Below are positions 47,975 to 56,870 of a stretch of 64,000 nucleotides of DNA, in pieces. The position numbers were made by a program, and so were the translations under genes. Source of the stretch: Bacteroidales bacterium. GTDB lineage: Bacteria > Bacteroidota > Bacteroidia > Bacteroidales > UBA4417. Below the pieces are notes generated by a model. It was not told the DNA's origin. It saw nothing but the letters and a program-made list of their open reading frames with translations, and did no database searches. Where the stretch lies: assembly GCA_038212135.1 (NCBI GenBank), contig JBBQUX010000002.1, positions 966 to 64,965 on the forward strand. Reading direction: 5' to 3'. The first letter of the stretch is position 1, and each line of letters starts with the position of its first letter.

Positions 47975-48433
47975 AACCCGAAACCTTTCAAACCCGAAAC
48001 TCTTCAAACCCGAAACCCTTCAAACCCGAAACCCTTCAAAACCCGAAACCCTTCAAAACCCGAAACCCTTTAAACCCGAAACTCTTCAAACCCGAAACCC
48101 TTCAAACCCGAAACTCTTCAAACCCGAAACCTTCAAACCCGAAACCCTTTAAACCCGAAACCCTTCAAACCCAAAACCCTTTAAACCCGAAACCCTTCAA
48201 AACCCGAAACCCTTCAAAACCCGAAACCTTTCAAACCCGAAACCCTTCAAACCCGAAACCTTTCAAACCCGAAACCTTTCAAACCCGAAACCCTTCAAAC
48301 CCGAAACCCTTCAAAACCCGAAACCCTTCAAACCCGAAACCCTTCAAACCCGAAACCCTTCAAACCCGAAACCCTTCAAACCCGAAACCCTTCAAACCCA
48401 AAACCCTTTAAACCCGAAACTTTTCAAACCCTT
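47975..48433 (+). repeat. Tandem array of about 28 units of 16-17 bp, AAACCCGAAACCCTTC(A).
   Basis: Read directly. Variants include CTCTTC, CCTTTC and CCTTTA. It is C-rich and nearly G-free on the plus strand. It ends about 45 bp upstream of the rsmG ATG (48481). Confidence 0.95.
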
Positions 48434-48480
48434 CTTTATTTAACCCAGGAACCTTATTTTTGCAGAATATTTCTACCTCA

Positions 48481-49098
48481 ATGAATTCTATTCGTAAATA
48501 TTTTCCTGACCTTAATCCAGATCAAATTGAAAAATTCACTCAATTAGAGGAACTTTACCTGGATTGGAACAGCCGGATCAATGTGATTTCCCGCAAAGAC
48601 ATGGAACACTTTTACGAGCATCATGTTTTACATTCACTTGGAATAGCAAAAGTGATACAGTTCCAGCCCGGGGCAAAAGTGATGGATGTTGGAACGGGTG
48701 GAGGGTTTCCGGGCATTCCGCTGGCAATCATGTTTCCTGAAACTGAATTCTTATTAGTTGATTCTATCGGTAAAAAAATAAAGGTTGTAAACGAAGTATC
48801 GCAGGCCGCCGGAATCCTGAATGTTAAGGCTGTCCAATGCCGGGCTGAGGATATGAAACAGAAATTCGATTTCGTGGTAAGCCGCGCCGTTACTACTTTG
48901 CCGGAATTTTTGAAATGGGTAGCCGGAAGTATCCTTAAAGACAATAGGCACACATTAGCAAACGGAATTCTTTATTTAAAAGGTGGCGGACTGGAGGCTG
49001 AACTTAGTCCTTTAAAAAGGAAATTTAAAGTTTACGATCTGAGTGAATATTTTGAGGAAGCATTTTTTGAAACCAAAAAAGTAGTGCATATCGGGTAA
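48481..49098 (+). CDS. rsmG: 16S rRNA (guanine527-N7)-methyltransferase.
   Basis: Motifs WNSRINVISRKD and DVGTGGGFPGIPLAI. The track start at 48460 is TTG; the ATG at 48481 (MNSIRKYF) is preferred. Confidence 0.9.
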   Translation: MNSIRKYFPDLNPDQIEKFTQLEELYLDWNSRINVISRKDMEHFYEHHVLHSLGIAKVIQFQPGAKVMDVGTGGGFPGIPLAIMFPETEFLLVDSIGKKIKVVNEVSQAAGILNVKAVQCRAEDMKQKFDFVVSRAVTTLPEFLKWVAGSILKDNRHTLANGILYLKGGGLEAELSPLKRKFKVYDLSEYFEEAFFETKKVVHIG

Positions 49099-49195
49099 AT
49101 GTTAAACTCTCATAATAAACATCGCAAATCGCCTGATATATAATTTCCCGATATGCTTTTTTACTACTTTTGGCACAATAAAGCTATGTAAAGTC

Positions 49196-49336
49196 AAAAG
49201 GCAAAGGGAAAAGGACAAAGGGAAAAGTTCAAAAACATAAATAAAATAGTATAAAAGACTCGAATAATAAACTTTGGGAACCATTGAACTTTTGAACTTT
49301 TGAACTTTTGACCCCTTGAGCCATTGAACCCTTGAA
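49196..49336. repeat. Two short 8-bp-period arrays (AAAGGNAA type and TTTTGAAC type) with a 12-bp inverted match between them.
   Basis: The first array is AAAAGGCAAAGGGAAAAGGACAAAGGGAAAAG. The second is CCATTGAACTTTTGAACTTTTGAACTTTTGACCCCTTGAGCCATTGAACCCTTGAAAC. AAAAGTTCAAAA (49223-49234) is the exact reverse complement of TTTTGAACTTTT (49290-49301). Confidence 0.75.
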
Positions 49337-49380
49337 ACAAAATACATCTGCATAACTTAAAACTATAATCTAAATATCCT

Positions 49381-50856
49381 ATGAACAAAGAAATCTTTAA
49401 ACTGGAACCAACCGCTGTTTGGAAAAACTTTTACAGCCTTACGCAAATTCCGCGCCCTTCGCACCACGAAGATCGCATTCAGAAATTTATGTTTGATTTC
49501 GGCAAAAATATCGGACTTGAAACCATCAAAGATGAAGTTGGCAACATTATTATCCGTAAGCCTGCTACCCCGGGAATGGAAAACCGAAAAGGAATCGTTT
49601 TGCAAACCCATCTTGATATGGTTCCGCAAAAAAACAGTGATAAAGCGCACGATTTTGCCGCCGATCCTATCGAAGCCTATGTGGATGGCGACTGGGTTAC
49701 AGCAAACGGCACAACCCTTGGTGCTGACAATGGAATGGGAGTTGCCGCAACCATGGCAGTACTGGAAGCAACTAACCTGGTTCACGGACCGGTTGAAGCA
49801 CTTTTTACCTGCGACGAAGAAACCGGAATGACCGGGGCTTTCGGCCTCAAACCCGGCCTTCTGAAAGGTGACATATTGCTGAACCTCGATTCGGAAGACG
49901 AAGGAGAGTTATATGTAGGTTGCGCTGGTGGCACCAACGCAAATGTAACTTTTGATTATAAGGAAGAACCGGTAAAACCAGGTGTTGCGTCCTTTAAACT
50001 TGCAATCACCGGTCTGAAAGGCGGACACTCCGGACTTGAAATTATTTTGCAGCGTGGCAACAGCAACAAACTGATGAATCGCTTCCTGCAACACGCTGTT
50101 GTTAAACACGATCTGCGATTAGCTTCAATAGAAGGAGGCAGTCTGCGCAATGCAATCCCCCGGGAATCGTTTGCAGTAGTTACCGTTCCACCTTCAAAAG
50201 CGGATGATCTCATTAAATGCGTCGGTGATTTTGAAAAACTCTATCGCAGCGAGTTTTCGGCAGTTGAACCCGATATGAAGTTCGCAATTACAGCAACAGC
50301 AACCCCGGCTACAGTTGTTGACGCCGCTTCGCTGGATAAAGTAATGAAAGCCATAAACGCCTGCCCCAACGGAGTAATGCGCATGAGCGATGATATGAAA
50401 GGACTTGTTGAAACATCAACCAACCTTGCCAGCGTAAAATCAGATAACGGCAAACTTTATGTTCAGTGTCTGTTGCGCAGCTCAGTTGATTCGGCTCAGC
50501 ACGATCTTGGCGGAATGATAAAAGATGTTTTCGAACTTGCCGGAGCTGATGTAGTTCTTGATGGCACGTATCCGGGATGGAAACCAAATATGAATTCCGC
50601 AATCCTGATTACGATGCAGGATGTTTACAAGAAATTGTACGGACGTATTCCCGAAATAAAAGCGATTCATGCCGGCCTCGAATGCGGTTTGCTTGGCGGA
50701 GTTTACCCGAACTGGGATATGATTTCGGTTGGCCCGACCATCCGTTACCCGCATTCACCGGACGAAAAAGTGCATATTGCTTCGGTCGAAAAATTCTGGA
50801 ATTACCTGGTTAACACGCTGAAAGATGCGCCTTTAAAAGCAGGTGCTACCGCATAA
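49381..50856 (+). CDS. pepD: Aminoacyl-histidine (Xaa-His) dipeptidase, M20 family.
   Basis: 491 aa with PRPSHHE, LQTHLDMVPQKN and GTTLGADNGMGVA, which are characteristic of PepD. Confidence 0.9.
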   Translation: MNKEIFKLEPTAVWKNFYSLTQIPRPSHHEDRIQKFMFDFGKNIGLETIKDEVGNIIIRKPATPGMENRKGIVLQTHLDMVPQKNSDKAHDFAADPIEAYVDGDWVTANGTTLGADNGMGVAATMAVLEATNLVHGPVEALFTCDEETGMTGAFGLKPGLLKGDILLNLDSEDEGELYVGCAGGTNANVTFDYKEEPVKPGVASFKLAITGLKGGHSGLEIILQRGNSNKLMNRFLQHAVVKHDLRLASIEGGSLRNAIPRESFAVVTVPPSKADDLIKCVGDFEKLYRSEFSAVEPDMKFAITATATPATVVDAASLDKVMKAINACPNGVMRMSDDMKGLVETSTNLASVKSDNGKLYVQCLLRSSVDSAQHDLGGMIKDVFELAGADVVLDGTYPGWKPNMNSAILITMQDVYKKLYGRIPEIKAIHAGLECGLLGGVYPNWDMISVGPTIRYPHSPDEKVHIASVEKFWNYLVNTLKDAPLKAGATA

Positions 50857-50868
50857 TCAAAAATTAAA

Positions 50869-50912
50869 ATCCTTACTTCCCGCACAAAATTCAGGAGGTA
50901 AGGATTTTTTTT
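50869..50912 (+). terminator. Intrinsic terminator after pepD.
   Basis: ATCCTTACTTCC and GGAGGTAAGGAT form a 12-bp stem (one G-U pair) with a 13-nt loop, followed by T8. Confidence 0.8.
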
Positions 50913-50920
50913 ACAAACCA

Positions 50921-50951
50921 TTTGGTAAATCCGATACATTTCATACCTTTG
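50921..50951 (+). promoter_or_regulatory. Bacteroidota-type promoter of rpmH (-33 TTTG, -7 TACCTTTG).
   Basis: TTTG at 50921-50924, a 19-nt spacer, then TACCTTTG at 50944-50951 (fits TAnnTTTG). The ATG is 22 nt downstream. Confidence 0.45.
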
Positions 50952-50972
50952 CACCCCTAAAAACGACCAATC

Positions 50973-51122
50973 ATGAAGAGGACTTTCCAACCATCAGTAA
51001 GGAAAAGAAAAAACAAACACGGATTCAGACTTAGAATGTCGACTGTTAACGGACGCAGAGTACTTGCAGCACGCAGGTCACGCGGAAGGAAAAAACTGAC
51101 AGTTTCCGACGAAGGGAAATAA
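50973..51122 (+). CDS. rpmH: 50S ribosomal protein L34.
   Basis: It is below the track length cutoff. My translation is [49 protein letters not shown], the unmistakable L34 signature. Confidence 0.95.
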   Translation: MKRTFQPSVRKRKNKHGFRLRMSTVNGRRVLAARRSRGRKKLTVSDEGK

Positions 51123-51180
51123 TTTATTTCACTTACTGCTACTGATTTCGAAAGCAGCATTTTATAGCTTAATATATACC

Positions 51181-51215
51181 GGAGGAGGCCTGCAAGCCTG
51201 CCTCCTTTCTTTTTG
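51181..51215 (+). terminator. Intrinsic terminator after rpmH.
   Basis: GGAGGAGGC-CTGCAA-GCCT(G)CCTCC forms a 9-bp stem with one bulge, followed by TTTCTTTTT. Confidence 0.65.
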
Positions 51216-51437
51216 GTATAAGTTCCTTTTGAAAAGGGAAATATAATATTTAGTGTCAATAAGAAAACTCATCCTTTTATAGCAGCAATACTTCGTTAAA
51301 CCTTTGCATTAGATTGAAAATTATATAGTTATGAAAACAGTTTATTTATATACAAATAATTATAAATCAGTTCTTTGCATCAATGCGTCTTTGCGTAAGA
51401 CAAAAAAAACAACAACCTATTGAACAAACAATGATTG

Positions 51438-51890
51438 TTAAAACAACCTCGTGTCCCAGAAGTAATCCTCTGTACGAACGAGTTGAACACATTTACTGAA
51501 ATCGGGGTGTTCTGTATTTAAAATGTAATTATTTTCATAAGGAATAACAGCAGAAGGAACCTTCAAAACAAGGCTATTCTGCGAACTGTACCATTTTGAG
51601 CCAATTTCCTGAAGAACAGAATAAGCAGCTAATGTTCTCCAGTTTTCAGGTAAGTGATTTGGATGAACCCGGCTTAAAATAGTATCATCATCAGCTAATG
51701 AGATTACCATGACCTTATATTTTTCGGAAGGTATTATTGTACCCCGGTGAACCACCATTTCAAGAGTTGACAACGACCTATGAAAACCAGTGTAAATAAC
51801 ATACTGCCCTCGCACATTCCATCTGTTGGCAGCACCAGATGCTTTAAGGCTTTTGGAGTACTCTTCCCTGCAGATTTTAAATACTTCCAT
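51438..51890 (-). CDS. RES-domain toxin (MbcT/ParT-like).
   Basis: 150 aa. R (NRWNVRG), E (LSTLEMVVH) and S (LKVPSAVIP) contexts are spaced as in RES domains. It starts 8 nt after the upstream DUF2384-type gene. Confidence 0.75.
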   Translation of the reverse strand: MEVFKICREEYSKSLKASGAANRWNVRGQYVIYTGFHRSLSTLEMVVHRGTIIPSEKYKVMVISLADDDTILSRVHPNHLPENWRTLAAYSVLQEIGSKWYSSQNSLVLKVPSAVIPYENNYILNTEHPDFSKCVQLVRTEDYFWDTRLF

Positions 51891-51898
51891 ATTCTATC

Positions 51899-52336
51899 TT
51901 ATGCATTATCACCATATTCCATTGCAGTTAGATTATCATCTACAAACCTGATTCCTGTCACTGTATTTAAAAACGCATTGGGAGTTTTACCATCAAAGTA
52001 AAAATTTTCACCCTGAAGCCATTTATCGAATTCCTGAGCTGAGCCAAACACCTGAATCCCATGCCTGATAACTGATAACAGCAGAATTATCTGCTCTTTG
52101 GTATTTTCTTTAAATTTGTTTTCTGGCTGCCGATATGACCTGAATGTGCGAACACTGATATTTAGCCAATCAGAAATAACCTCATCGTTGAAATTAGTCA
52201 GAGATTTAATCGCGTTAACGTACTTCCAGTTTATATCTTTGGTTTGAAGATAAGTAAGAACTTCACTGTCAGTAATTTGCCCGGGAACACCGTATAAAAC
52301 TGCCGGATCTTCCAAATTTGTTTCTTTTGTCTTCAT
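51899..52336 (-). CDS. Xre/MbcA/ParS-like antitoxin with a DUF2384 toxin-binding domain.
   Basis: 145 aa. The C-terminus WLQGENFYFDGKTPNAFLNTVTGIRFVDDNLTAMEYG fits the DUF2384 pattern. It is the upstream partner of the RES gene. Confidence 0.7.
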   Translation of the reverse strand: MKTKETNLEDPAVLYGVPGQITDSEVLTYLQTKDINWKYVNAIKSLTNFNDEVISDWLNISVRTFRSYRQPENKFKENTKEQIILLLSVIRHGIQVFGSAQEFDKWLQGENFYFDGKTPNAFLNTVTGIRFVDDNLTAMEYGDNA

Positions 52337-52342
52337 GGTAAA

Positions 52343-52408
52343 CCTATTTTAACCGAAACAAAAATAGGCATTTTTTCCTTTTAAAACAAGCAATTTTTCC
52401 TTTTTAAG
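52343..52408 (-). promoter_or_regulatory. Candidate promoter and operator region of the Xre/RES pair.
   Basis: The minus strand has TTG, 20 nt, then TATTTTTG (plus coordinates 52359-52366), 23 nt from the ATG. The 8-bp palindrome CCTATTTT/AAAATAGG (52343-52350 and 52361-52368) overlaps the -7 box. Direct repeats GCATTTTTTCCTTTTAAAA and GCAATTTTTCCTTTTTAAG lie at 52368-52408. Confidence 0.4.
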
Positions 52409-52510
52409 AAATTTTATTTTTTTTATGGCTCCAATTATTAGGATTAACTCATTTCTGCCTGCTTCCAATTTCGGAAATTATAGTAATTTAGCCCTTCTTT
52501 TTAATAAACG

Positions 52511-52801
52511 ATGCAGACTATCATTTACGAAGCTTCCATTACAGGTCTTTTCCGGCTAATACTGATTGTTTTAACGGTTTATGCTGTTTACACCATATTT
52601 ATACGATTCATAATCCCTGCTGTAATGCGTAAATATTTAAAAGATTTCCAACAGCGCTTTACAGAGCAAAATCAGCGTACCAGAGAAAGTCAGCCTCTGA
52701 AAAAAGAAGGTGATATTTCCATTACTTATGTTGATAAAGATAAAAACCCGACGCGTAATCCCGATGATGCAGAATATGTAGATTACGAAGAAATAAAATA
52801 A
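52511..52801 (+). CDS. DUF4834-like small membrane protein.
   Basis: 96 aa with an N-terminal TM segment, a charged linker and the C-terminal AEYVDYEEIK typical of DUF4834 as I remember it. Confidence 0.6.
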   Translation: MQTIIYEASITGLFRLILIVLTVYAVYTIFIRFIIPAVMRKYLKDFQQRFTEQNQRTRESQPLKKEGDISITYVDKDKNPTRNPDDAEYVDYEEIK

Positions 52802-52848
52802 TGGATTCCCGATTTTATACATTTTAACCAAAATAAAAGCCTTACTAA

Positions 52849-55299
52849 ATGAAGAACATCAGTTTCAAACAGCTTCTCCCCTATTTTTCGGCTATTGCCA
52901 TATTTGTGATAATCACGCTGGCATATTTCAGTCCGCTGCTCGAAGGAAAAAAGCTCAGGCAATCGGATATTACCCAGTGGAAAGGCATGTCGAAAGAAAT
53001 TTCGGATTTCCGCGAAAGTACGGGCGAGGAAGCCTTATGGACCAACAGCATGTTCGGGGGAATGCCCGCCTACCAGATTTCGGTTCAATACAAAGGAAAT
53101 GTTTTGAGGTATCTTGATCAGTTGATGCAGTTGTATCTGCCCCAGCCTGCTGGAATGGTATTTCTTTATATGATTGGTTTTTTTATTTTACTATTAGTGT
53201 TAAAAGTTGATCCATGGCTTGCTATAGCAGGAGCCGTTGCTTTCGCATTCTCGTCATATCTGTTTATAATCTTCGAAGCCGGGCACAACAGCAAAGCCCA
53301 TGCTATCGGATATATGGCACCTGTTCTGGCCGGAATCATCCTGACATATCGCGGTCGTTATCTGGCAGGAGGAATAATGGCTGCAATCTTTCTTTCGCTT
53401 GAATTACTTACCAACCATTTACAAATCACCTATTACCTGATGATGATTGCCGGTATTTATGTAATTGCAGAATTGGTAAGCAGCATCAAAGAAAAACAAT
53501 TTCAGGTATTTGCTAAAGCATCAGGAGTCTTAATCATTGCTTCAGGTCTTGCATTGGCAACAAACATTACCAGTATTTGGGCAACTTACGAATATGGAAA
53601 GGATACCATACGAGGAAAAACAGAGCTGACTACTGAAAAATCGAACCGGACAAGCGGCCTGGATAAAGATTATGCCACAGGCTGGAGCTATGGTAAACTG
53701 GAAACATTTACCATGCTGATCCCGAATTTTAATGGAGGATCGTCGCAAGGTGCTCTTACTGAATCATCGAATGTTTATAAAGCCCTGCAAGAGAACAATA
53801 TAGACAATACCCAGGCTAAAAACGTAATCAAAGCCATGCCACTTTACTGGGGAACTCAACCAGGGGTAGCCGGTCCGGTTTATATTGGTTCTATTATTAT
53901 GTTCCTGTTTGTTTTTGCTTTATTTATTGTTGATAATAAATTCAAATGGTGGCTTTTAGCAGCAACTATTCTTTCCATTTTACTTGCCTGGGGCAAAAAC
54001 TTTATGCCTTTCACTGATTTCTTCCTGCATTATGTGCCGGGATATAATAAATTCAGGGCCGTTTCGATGACGCTGGTTATTGCAGAATTATGTATCCCGT
54101 TGCTTGCCATTCTCGGATTGCAGAAAGCTTTTTCGGGCGGAATGGACAAGAAAAAATTGACAAAATACCTATACTACTCTTTAGGAATTACCGGCGGTAT
54201 AAGTTTGTTTTTTGCCGTTGCAGGTAACAGTATTTTCGATTTTATTTCTCCTTCCGACGAACAATATAAATCGTATTTCCCTGACTGGCTCATAGCAGCT
54301 CTTCGCCAGGACCGTGCCTCACTGCTGAGTGCTGACGCGTTCAGGTCACTGGTATTCATTCTGTTGGCCGGAGGAGCTATAATGGCAATGATCAACAATG
54401 TAATTAAAAAACCCGTATATATCTATACTGCTTTGATTCTGCTTATCCTTTTTGATATGTGGACAGTGAACCGACGCTACCTTAACAGCGAAAGCTTTGT
54501 CCGCAAGAGTGTGGATGCAGTCCCGTTTCAACCTTCGGCTACTGACCAGCTAATTATGAAAGACAAAGACCCGAACTTCAGGGTATTTAACCAAACGGTC
54601 GGCAATCCCTATGCTGATGCGAGTACATCCTATTTCCATAAATCACTCGGTGGATATCATGGTGCTAAATTACGCCGCTACCAGGAACTGATTGATCATC
54701 ATCTTTCGAAGGGCAATATGAATGTATTCAATATGCTCAATACCAAATACTTTATTGTTTCTGACCAGAAAGGGGGACCGCCGCAGATGCAGATCAATAT
54801 GGAGGCAATGGGTAATGCATGGTTTGTAAATGATGCCCGTATGGTAAACAATGCCGATGAAGAAATTAATGCCCTCACTGACTTTGTGCCCGCCGAAACA
54901 GCAATCTACGACAAACGTTTCGAAGAACAAGTTAAAGGACATATCATCAGTAAAGATACTTTGGCAACAATTGTACTCACAGATTACAAGCCTAATCACC
55001 TGATTTATAAAACGCAAACCGGGAGTGAACAGTTGGCTGTTTTCTCGGAAATATACTACGACAAAGGATGGAATGCCTATGTTGACGGGAAACCAGCACC
55101 CTATTTCAGGGCAAATTATGTATTGCGTGCCATGATAGTACCAGTCGGCATTCATACCATCGAATTCAAATTCGAGCCAAAAGTATATGCCACCGGAGAG
55201 AAAATAGCCTATGCATCATCCATACTTCTGGTATTGCTTGCACTGGGTGCATTTGGATTTATGGCACGTCAGAAAAGCGAAAGTGCTGCCAAAGCGTAA
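52849..55299 (+). CDS. YfhO-like large polytopic membrane protein (putative glycan or glycosyl transfer function).
   Basis: 816 aa with more than 12 hydrophobic segments, a large C-terminal extracytoplasmic domain and a final TM segment. The architecture is typical of Bacteroidota YfhO family proteins. The family call is from memory. Confidence 0.6.
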   Translation: MKNISFKQLLPYFSAIAIFVIITLAYFSPLLEGKKLRQSDITQWKGMSKEISDFRESTGEEALWTNSMFGGMPAYQISVQYKGNVLRYLDQLMQLYLPQPAGMVFLYMIGFFILLLVLKVDPWLAIAGAVAFAFSSYLFIIFEAGHNSKAHAIGYMAPVLAGIILTYRGRYLAGGIMAAIFLSLELLTNHLQITYYLMMIAGIYVIAELVSSIKEKQFQVFAKASGVLIIASGLALATNITSIWATYEYGKDTIRGKTELTTEKSNRTSGLDKDYATGWSYGKLETFTMLIPNFNGGSSQGALTESSNVYKALQENNIDNTQAKNVIKAMPLYWGTQPGVAGPVYIGSIIMFLFVFALFIVDNKFKWWLLAATILSILLAWGKNFMPFTDFFLHYVPGYNKFRAVSMTLVIAELCIPLLAILGLQKAFSGGMDKKKLTKYLYYSLGITGGISLFFAVAGNSIFDFISPSDEQYKSYFPDWLIAALRQDRASLLSADAFRSLVFILLAGGAIMAMINNVIKKPVYIYTALILLILFDMWTVNRRYLNSESFVRKSVDAVPFQPSATDQLIMKDKDPNFRVFNQTVGNPYADASTSYFHKSLGGYHGAKLRRYQELIDHHLSKGNMNVFNMLNTKYFIVSDQKGGPPQMQINMEAMGNAWFVNDARMVNNADEEINALTDFVPAETAIYDKRFEEQVKGHIISKDTLATIVLTDYKPNHLIYKTQTGSEQLAVFSEIYYDKGWNAYVDGKPAPYFRANYVLRAMIVPVGIHTIEFKFEPKVYATGEKIAYASSILLVLLALGAFGFMARQKSESAAKA

Positions 55300-55309
55300 A
55301 GGCTTAATT

Positions 55310-56623
55310 ATGGGCAAAACATATGCAATCCGCAAAGTATTAATTATCACGTATTACTGGCCTCCAAGTGGTGGCGCGGGTGTGCAGCGTTGGCTCAAAT
55401 TCAGTAAATACCTGCGCGCATATGGATGGGAACCGGTAATTTACACTCCTCAAAACCCTGAGGCACCTGCCATTGACAATTCACTGGAAAGTGATATTCC
55501 TGATGGAATTACAGTAATCAAGATGCCGATTTTTGAGCCTTATTCGGCTTATAAGCGGTTTGTGGGTATGAAACCCAACGAAAAAGTAAATGCCGGATTC
55601 CTCCAGGAAAAAGAAAAACCAGGACTATCCGAAGGAATTGCCGTATGGCTCCGGGGCAACTTTTTTATTCCTGATGCACGCCGGTTCTGGATCAATCCTT
55701 CGGTGAAGTTTCTGAAAAAATATCTGAATGAGAATCCGGTTGATGCTGTTGTTTCGACCGGCCCGCCTCATTCGATGCACATGATTGCATTGCAGTTGCA
55801 GAAAAAACTTCATATTCCCTGGCTGGCAGATTTCCGCGATCCCTGGACAGGAATTGATTTCTATCACCAGCTCAAACTTACTTCTTTAGCTGACAGGCTG
55901 CATCACAGATTAGAGAAAAAAGTACTTTCGGAAGCCACTACAGTTACTGTGATCAGCCAGGACATGGCAAAAAAATTTAATCGTATTGTTGAACGCGATT
56001 ACAAACTTGTAACGAATGGTTTCGATGAGGAAGATATAAGCCCGTTACCACAGAACCAGCTGGATACAAACTTTACGGTTTCACATATCGGAAGCTTAAA
56101 CCTGACCCGCAACCCCGAAAAACTCTGGAAAGTACTTTCCCAAATGGTAAAGGAAAAACCTTTGTTTGCCAGAGCTTTACGGGTTAAACTTGTTGGGAAA
56201 GTGGATATCGGTGTTCTGAAAAATATTGAAGATAATGGCCTGACCCAATATCTTGAGCGTATTGAATATATGCCTCACCGGGATGTGATGCATGAAATTC
56301 AGAAATCGCAGGTGCTTTTACTGTTAATCAACAATACTCCCAACGCGAAAGGAATTCTGACTGGTAAAATTTTTGAATACCTGGGTTCCGGAAGACCAAT
56401 ACTCAGCATCGGACCTGAAGACGGTGATGCAGCAATTATACTTAAAGATTCTGAAGCCGGACAAACAGCTGATTATGATAATGAAGATGCCATGGTCCGG
56501 ATAATTAATGATTACTATATCAAATTCAGCGAACAGCGACTTGAAAGCAATATGGAGAATCTGCTGAAATATTCACGCAAAGTTTTAACCGCCGAAATAG
56601 CGAAAATTCTGGATGGGATGTAA
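55310..56623 (+). CDS. Glycosyltransferase (GT4/GT1-like, GT-B fold).
   Basis: The ATG at 55310 gives MGKTYAIRKVLIITYYWPPSGGAGVQRW. The longer track ORF from 55211 overlaps the preceding gene. The C-terminal half has a GKIFEYLGSGRPIL-type nucleotide-sugar binding region. Confidence 0.75.
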   Translation: MGKTYAIRKVLIITYYWPPSGGAGVQRWLKFSKYLRAYGWEPVIYTPQNPEAPAIDNSLESDIPDGITVIKMPIFEPYSAYKRFVGMKPNEKVNAGFLQEKEKPGLSEGIAVWLRGNFFIPDARRFWINPSVKFLKKYLNENPVDAVVSTGPPHSMHMIALQLQKKLHIPWLADFRDPWTGIDFYHQLKLTSLADRLHHRLEKKVLSEATTVTVISQDMAKKFNRIVERDYKLVTNGFDEEDISPLPQNQLDTNFTVSHIGSLNLTRNPEKLWKVLSQMVKEKPLFARALRVKLVGKVDIGVLKNIEDNGLTQYLERIEYMPHRDVMHEIQKSQVLLLLINNTPNAKGILTGKIFEYLGSGRPILSIGPEDGDAAIILKDSEAGQTADYDNEDAMVRIINDYYIKFSEQRLESNMENLLKYSRKVLTAEIAKILDGM

Positions 56624-56870
56624 CCGCTCTCAGTTCACAAATCCTTTTTCCCGCCCTGGCATCAATTTAACTTTTACCCGTCCTGAAATTTGTTTACAGT
56701 TTTTATGGTTTAGTACCCCTCTGTCCGCCTGAGGCGGACATCTCCCTTGAAAAAAGTGGAGAACCTCAGAGTAAACACTTCAAAAATCTCAAACTCTTCA
56801 AACATCTCAGACATAAAGTGAATGCAGATTCTCCCCTCACCTTTCTCCTCTCTCCCATCTCCTTTCACCC

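Noticed and set aside
47452-48152. ORFs 47452-47910(-), 47519-47818(-) and 47901-48152(+) with HYRITELPNY or KPETLQTRNPS repeats.
   Set aside because: This is the same artefact of stop-free tandem arrays. One of them also runs out of frame into the miaA 5-prime end.
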